Of a DNA stretch of 64,000 nucleotides, positions 56,801 through 64,000 are shown piece after piece. Within the stretch, counting starts at the first letter, position 1; every line of letters starts with the position of its first letter. The notes beneath the pieces were generated by a model, which was given only the letters and a program-made list of their open reading frames with translations, had not been told where the DNA came from and ran no database searches. The position numbers were made by a program, and so were the translations under genes. Origin of the DNA: Eledone cirrhosa (Eukaryota); the NCBI GenBank assembly GCA_964016885.1, contig OZ024741.1, forward strand, positions 171,306,001 to 171,370,000, read 5' to 3'.

Positions 56801-57268
56801 GGTAAAGTTCTTGTATTTTAACACTAGGCAAAAACTAATTCAGCAGAACAACCTATAACTAAACCTTCGTAAACATGTTGCCATGTTAATTTTCTTCAGG
56901 CATGATATATATATATATATATATATATATAGGTTAAAACAAAAAACAAAAACAATAACGAAGAGTGCAGTACAAAGTGTTAGTATTAAGTTCACGCTTG
57001 AAAAAAAAACAAAAGGCCGGTGCCCCAGCATGGCCTCAGCCGGATGGCTGGAACAGGTAAAGGAATAAAATATATATATGACTAAATTATCCACCATGCT
57101 CTTACGTGTGTTTCTTCTTTTAAAGGCAGAAAGATATGGTTTAATAAAGATATAGTCGGTAATTCTAGTACCTTTAGCTGACTCATTTGTTGCTATCATG
57201 GTTGTGTTTGTTGTTATTTTTTTGTTTGTATAAATTTACAGTAGAATAACATTGCAAATATGTTTTAA

Positions 57269-57299
<31 letters not shown>

Positions 57300-57305
<6 letters not shown>

Positions 57306-57893
57306 CAAGGTTTAGCAAATAAGAAAAAGTTTTAAAATAAATTTTAAAAAGTTCACTGTACCTGCTGTAATTACCCTTACCGTACGGTTTCAAGTCTCAA
57401 AATAAATGGATAATCCATGCGGATATCCATTGAAAGGGAGACTCTCGTCAGAGGGTTCTTTTCACTCGGAGAATATAAAATTCGCGAGTTCAAATCACGA
57501 ACTGGCGCTATTCAAAATTGTTCCTGAGATGAGAGTGAATGATAAAGAAGCAATTCTGTCCAGTGCCGTGTGCAAAAATAGAAGGCAGGGGCGGAAAGGT
57601 CAATCTATTGCCACTAAAAATAGCAGCAGTTAAGACGACCAAAATGTTATCTCGACCAGGGGAGTTTAGTAATAATAAAGTATGTATCCCTACATGCAAA
57701 ATACATATAGGGACACATGTATTATCCAACCGTATGCCAATGTGGTTCAATGGCAAGTTAATAAATTAACGAGCCAGAACATATATAATCAAGGTTTAGC
57801 AAATAAGAAAAAGTTTTAAAATAAATTTTAATGTAATAAATTTAAATGTACCTGCTGTAATTACCCTTACCGTACGGTTTGAAGTCTCAAAAT
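57300..57893 (-). mobile_element. Family J tandem unit, 490-bp period
   Basis: ACCCTTACCGTACGGTTT at 57373 and 57863; homologous to 33200-33650. Confidence 0.85.
57373..57456 (-). ncRNA. Type I hammerhead with extended stem II, family J
   Basis: Minus strand: accct CTGACGA gagtctc..tggatatcc gcat ggattatcca..gagactt GAAA ccgtacgg TA agggt. Confidence 0.9.
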
Positions 57894-57924
57894 ATATATA
57901 TATATATATATATAAATAACATTA

Positions 57925-58345
57925 AAAATGCGTAAATAACATTATGAATAGAAAAAAAGGGGTGGTTGGGAAACAAAAGGAAAGAAAGAATAGGGAAATA
58001 TAGAAAAAAAAGAGAGAAAGAAGATAAAGAACGGGAAAGAGAGGGGAGAGGATGGCAAGAGCTCGGGTGTCGCAGAAGAGAGGGGAGGGTGAATGAGGGC
58101 GGGGTGACTGTGCTTTGGGCCTAGAGCAAGTGGGCAGAAGTGCTGCGCCCCGCAGACTAGACGGCAAAAACATACCCCCTGGGCGATGACCAGTGACACA
58201 CGCTGCAACAGCCACCCAGCCTTGATAGGCTCCCTCCTCAGACGGGCCGCCGACGCTCCGATCTTGCGGAGGAGCTCGGCAGTACGGGATCCAAGTACGC
58301 CTGAGGTCTCGACGGTGACCGGTGCAAAAATGAAACGACGTTGAC
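57925..58345 (-). pseudogene. CRE-like LINE 3' end (RLE domain and 3' UTR)
   Basis: FIFAPVTVETSGVLGSRTAELLRKIG..REPIKAGWLLQRVSLVIAQG. Confidence 0.78.
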
Positions 58346-58551
58346 AATGGGATTCATACTGTTGTTGTTGTTGTTGTTTAGCTTCTGGGTTTGTCTGGAA
58401 AGTGCAGACCGATTATCGAAAACATTCCAGCCGTAACCAACCTATTTTTTTAGGGGAGGGGGGAGGGGGGCAGACATTCATTATCCAGTATATGCCCTTC
58501 ATCTATTTTGTTTAAAAAATAACAGGTTTTGTTGCTATACTATTTTGAGGA

Positions 58552-58720
58552 CGGTGGATTGGCAGAATCGGTAGAGCGTCGGACAACATGCTTTGAAGCA
58601 TAGAGTTACGCCCGTTTATGATCTGAGTTCAAATCCTGCCGAGGTTAACTTTGCCTTTCATCCTTACGGGGTCGATAAAATAAAGTACCAGTAATACACT
58701 GGGGTCGATTTTAATCGACT
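58552..58720 (+). mobile_element. SINE family 1
   Basis: GGTGGATTGGCAGAATCGGTAGAGCG..GTTCAAATCC..GGGGTCGATAAAATAAAGTACCAG. Confidence 0.88.
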
Positions 58721-58724
58721 TTCC

Positions 58725-58859
58725 TGTTGCTGTTGCTGTTGTGCTGTTGCTGATGTTACTACTACTACTACTACTACTACTACTATAACTACTGCTGCTG
58801 CTGCTGCTACTACTACTACTATTAATGCTGCTGCTGCTGTTGTGCTGTTGCTGATGTTA

Positions 58860-58894
<35 letters not shown>

Positions 58895-59035
58895 ACTACT
58901 ACTACTAATGCTGCTGCTGCTGTTACTGATGTTGCTGATGTTACTACTACTACTACTACTACTACTGCTGCTGCTGATGCTGCTACTACTACTACTAACG
59001 CTGCTGCTGCTGTTGTGCTGTTGCTGATGTTACTA

Positions 59036-59076
<41 letters not shown>

Positions 59077-59125
59077 AGTTCTGCTGCTGCTACTACTACT
59101 ACTACTGTTGCTGCTGCTGCTACTG

Positions 59126-59157
<32 letters not shown>

Positions 59158-59175
59158 GTTGCTGCTTCTGCTGCA
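58725..59175. repeat. (CTG)n/(CTA)n compound microsatellite
   Basis: Direct sequence. Confidence 0.95.
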
Positions 59176-59571
59176 ACAACTAGTAGTATAAAGGAACTGT
59201 TTGTAAAGTATAGAACAAATATCCAGAGGATTCTGTAGTTGCCGCCTATTGCATTATCTTACAAGGCACTGGACAGCTCCCATATATATACATACACACA
59301 TATATGTATTCTTTTATTGTTTTGTGTGTTTTATTTAGTTGCATCACTCATTAGACAACGGCCATGTTGGGGCACAGGCCTGAATGTGTTCAGTTGATAA
59401 TATCGACCCGAGTACTTATTTTTAAGTCTGGTACATATTTAATCGATCTCTTTTTGTCGAGCTGTTATATACAGGACATAAACAAACAGTAAACATACAC
59501 ACACGGATACATAGGCAGACCCATATTTTTATTCTGTTACTGGTTCCAGTCATATATAATTGGAAGATCGT

Positions 59572-59644
<73 letters not shown>

Positions 59645-59654
<10 letters not shown>

Positions 59655-59834
59655 CGTAAAATAAGAACATTTTAAAAAAATTAAAAAAATTAACTTACTT
59701 ACTAAAATTTTAGTAAGTTAATTTTTTTAATTTTTTTTTAATTTTCTTATTTTACGTCTTTTATATTATTGTTCTGCATCCTCCTGCATTGAACCACTTA
59801 GGTACTATGACATAACTTATATATTTGCTAGCAT
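59645..59834. mobile_element. Family B fragment, again inverted
   Basis: AAAAGACGTAAAATAAG..AACTTACT / AGTAAGTT..TTTACGTCTTTT..GGTACTATGACATAAC. Confidence 0.8.
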
Positions 59835-59885
59835 GTGCATGTCTGACATGCCTGGTCTAACCAGTTTCAAAATGAATCTATCCGG

Positions 59886-60009
<124 letters not shown>

Positions 60010-60265
60010 GATTGTTTTTATTATTAGCACAAGACCAGCATTTACCAGCGCATTACTGGTACTTTATTTTATTGACCCCCTAACGATGAAAGGCAAACCT
60101 AGCATCGGCGAGATTTGAATTGAGTGTGTGGCCTTCCACACAGTTTCCGTCCAGCAAATTTCTATGATAAGGTATTGGTCAATCTGAGACTACACTGAAA
60201 GACACTTATTCAGAGTGTCACTGAGTGAGACTGAATCACGAAACTCGATGATGCAAAGCAATGTA

Positions 60266-60421
60266 CCGTATTTCCCGGCACCTAAAACGCTTCGTCCTTG
60301 AGGACGCACCCCAATTTTGAAACCAAAAATTTGAAAAAATATGATAAAAATGCAACTTTCGGTAGATTTTTTAGGCTTATTTTAGGAAAAGAAGTAGCGT
60401 CTTCGACTCCGGGAAATATGG
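60266..60421. mobile_element. Tc1/pogo-type MITE
   Basis: TA|CCGTATTTCCCGG ... CCGGGAAATATGG|TA. Confidence 0.8.
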
Positions 60422-60822
60422 TATGTAGAATTGTGGTCCAATAAACAGCACACAATAAAACAGAACAACTATTGTGAAAGGATCTATCAATAATGAAATA
60501 AAATAAAAATGCCCTCACAACATATAGAGGGTGTCCCAAAAAATTGTACACATACTTCAAATGCATTCTAATAAATATTGCCTGTAATCAAAAGGTGTAT
60601 ACATCTTTGATGGACAACACACAAACCATTTTGTTTGTTTATCCTAGCGTCCCCTTTATTTACGTGTCCCAACGACTTTTTTTAGCCGTTGCTCGCACCA
60701 ACCTGAGGTATATGGTCTTTAAAGCGATGAAATGCCTATGACGGTTGGAAGACCACTGATGAAGGACAAACTTTTTCATATGTAACCCATTTGCAACGCC
60801 GCAGCTCCATTATTATCATATT

Positions 60823-60858
<36 letters not shown>

Positions 60859-60914
60859 TTTTGTTGACCGTTGGTCAGTGAGTGATAAACATTTGCCAAT
60901 TCGCCGCCTTATAA

Positions 60915-61010
<96 letters not shown>

Positions 61011-61050
61011 ACACACACACACACACTCACACACACACACACACACACAC

Positions 61051-61117
<67 letters not shown>

Positions 61118-61365
61118 TATCTTCTACTTCTTCTTCGCCCACTTATTCCTGAGAGGGCGTGGGGACAGAGTCCTCAATTACACCTTTCACAAATATATAT
61201 ATATATATATATATATAGATTTTGAGTTTATGTTGGTTGTATACCAACACCTCAGTATGCAGGCTGGAGCACTCGACGAAGTGCGCAGGTTGGTTTGGTT
61301 ACTCCGGAGTAGTGTAAAATAAAGTTAAATAAAAGTCAAATGATTAAAATTTAGCTTCGTTTATT

Positions 61366-61420
61366 ACTGCTATATATATTTCAGTGACAGCCATCTTTGG
61401 CTGTGACCTCTTCAGGCAGT
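61366..61420 (-). ncRNA. Type I hammerhead ribozyme, family C
   Basis: Reverse complement of the 61597 motif, within inverted element 61218-61701. Confidence 0.9.
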
Positions 61421-61596
61421 TTGAATATTTGCTAGCATGTGCATGTCTGACATGCCTGGTCTAACCAGTTTCAAAATTTATATGACTCCAGTTCCCCAGT
61501 GAATTAACAACCCAGCAAGGAACTGGGCATATCAGAGTATTGACAATATCATACACCTAAACAACATATGTACTTGTCTATACCATACTAATTCAA

Positions 61597-61651
61597 ACTG
61601 CCTGAAGAGGTCACAGCCAAAGATGGCTGTCACTGAAATATATATAGCAGT
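61597..61651 (+). ncRNA. Type I hammerhead ribozyme, family C
   Basis: actgc CTGAAGA ggtcacagcc aaagat ggctgtcact GAAA tatata TA gcagt. Confidence 0.9.
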
Positions 61652-61773
61652 AATAAACGAAGCTAAATTTTAATCATTTGACTTTTATTTAACTTTATTT
61701 TATATATATATATATATATATATAAATAAAAGATCAGAGACCATATTCACTTGATTCAGGTTTATTTAAAACT

Positions 61774-61831
61774 CCGTTATACATATTTCACTGAGGACTA
61801 TCAGTTACGATAGCCTGAGCTCTTCAGACGG
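61774..61831 (-). ncRNA. Type I hammerhead ribozyme
   Basis: Minus strand: ccgt CTGAAGA gctcaggctatc..gatagtcctcagt GAAA tatgta TA acgg. Confidence 0.82.
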
Positions 61832-61994
61832 CAAAACCTAAAGTAAACATTGGTAGTTCCTAAGAAACCTTTAAATTTTGGAAAATCCAATAATTTCCCA
61901 CACCACAAAAATATTTCTTTTCATGATACAGGGGGCCGGCCGAACCCGTAGAATTGTTTCTTCGACGACCGGCCCCTGTATACATAAATATATA

Positions 61995-62461
<467 letters not shown>

Positions 62462-62468
62462 TATATAT

Positions 62469-63410
62469 ACTAGCAGCAGTACCCAGCGTTGCCGGGGTAG
62501 GTAAAATAATATCTGCTTTGATGAAAAGGTGTTGATCTTAGCGACTGCTTCTCGATTACTCATCTATGGCCACACACAGGCCATGAGGGGGAGGGTGGTG
62601 ATGACCTCTATCACTGAAAAACGCGGGTGACTGACGAAGGGGTATGCTGGGGGAGGGAGATCATGACCTCTAACACTAAGCCAAATTTCCTCACCCTACT
62701 TCATTGGAAACCGATGAATTCTCAAATACACAACTAAAAGCTCAGACGACCTCAGTGGCCATCGTTTTGCCCTTGACCATGAACTGGATAATTGGATGGA
62801 ATTGTTTTGAATTTGAACGAAATCGGTTGAAAAATGTAGGAGCTAGAGCCGAAAAGGCGGAAATTTGAGCGAAAAGGTGATATTTTCGAATATTTAAGCG
62901 GCTGCCACGCCGTTCCTGAACAAAAATTCCAAAATGTAAAACGATTTTAAGACGTGAAATAATCAGATCTAGCGTAGTGTAAAATTTGAACAAAGTAGGT
63001 TGATTAATGTGGGAGCTAAAGCCGAAAAAGTGGAAATTTGAGTCTAAAAGTGGTATTTTTGAATATTTAGTGGCTGCGTGAACAAAAAAATGCAAAATAT
63101 GAAGCCATTACAGGATGTGCAATGATAAAATCTATTTTGCTTTAAAATTTGAACGAAATCGGTGGCAAAATATGGGAGCTAGAACCAAAAATCTTATTTT
63201 TCGATACCTAAAAAAAATGACCTCCCTATCGATTTTTATCTGCCGAATAACCCCGACATAAAAAAAATGATACGCTGATATATAGAAAACACTCCCTGAT
63301 GACTAATCTATGAGCCTGTAAAGATTCATGAAAATCGGTCGTAAGATGTAGGCCCCTATAGGTAATACACAGACACACACACACACATACTTTATATATA
63401 TATACAGATA
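62469..63410 (+). mobile_element. Helentron/DINE-1-like non-autonomous element
   Basis: Starts TACTAGCAGCAGTACCCAGCGTTGCCGGGGT (short hairpin); three ~170-bp subrepeats (AATTTGAAC..GGAGCTA); CA-rich tract near the end. Confidence 0.55.
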
Positions 63411-63706
63411 TATATATATATTTATATATGTAGAAGAGATATTTAATTTGTTTGAAATCCAAATATAAATGTTTACAACTGATTCAGAGCACTCGACAGT
63501 TTTCTGGAGTAAGTATTCAATGATATTAAATAAATGGAAACTATATTTATGGTTTTATAAGTATAGTCTTCATAAATATGGTTTTATAAATATAGTTTCC
63601 ATTTATTTAATATCATTGTATATATTTATATATATATATATCTACATATATATATATATATATGTATATATATATTCATATATATATATATATATAGGAA
63701 CGAGTA

Positions 63707-63776
63707 GGACCCCGACGGCTGAGCTCAAGCCGTTTCGACGGCTAATTCTGGTATATATACCGTCCTCTTTCAGTCC
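63707..63776 (-). ncRNA. Hammerhead-like motif with a full stem III, core and stem I damaged
   Basis: CTGAAAGA ggacgg..ccgtc GAAA cggct tgagctc agccg TC ggggtcc; partial copy at 48093-48132. Confidence 0.6.
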
Positions 63777-63852
63777 AGAATTATTGAGTACTTTGGTGCG
63801 TTATGGTCCATCTGGTTCCTTACCACACTTCCTTCGTTATATATATATATAT

Positions 63853-63919
<67 letters not shown>

Positions 63920-64000
63920 TATATATATATTGTTATACTTTGGGGGGGGGGGGGGTCATGTTGTCAATAAGAAACACGCGCACCAGTTGCTTTCATTTCA

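Overview
AT-rich, repeat-saturated animal DNA with no intact host protein-coding gene. The SINE and LINE repertoire suggests a cephalopod such as Octopus (inference). Nearly all listed ORFs are microsatellite read-throughs. Real coding remnants are decayed retroelements: RTE (5 fragments), CR1/L2-type APE, Penelope RT/GIY-YIG (2), R4/Dong-like RLE (2) and CRE-like RLE (2). There are also tRNA-derived SINEs, hAT and Tc1/pogo-type MITEs, a Helentron-like element and a ~3.7-kb palindromic minisatellite. The main signal is about 20 type I hammerhead ribozyme motifs with intact cores plus about 10 degenerate ones, read and folded by eye. They belong to at least 10 sequence-distinct, non-coding repeat families. 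Most sit in (TA)n tracts as tandem (~380-650 nt period) and/or inverted copies. They share palindromic stem III sequences, show stem II covariation and have reproducible arm breakpoints. This looks like a community of retrozyme-like or Penelope pLTR-derived elements. Ribozyme activity, expression and novelty are untested.
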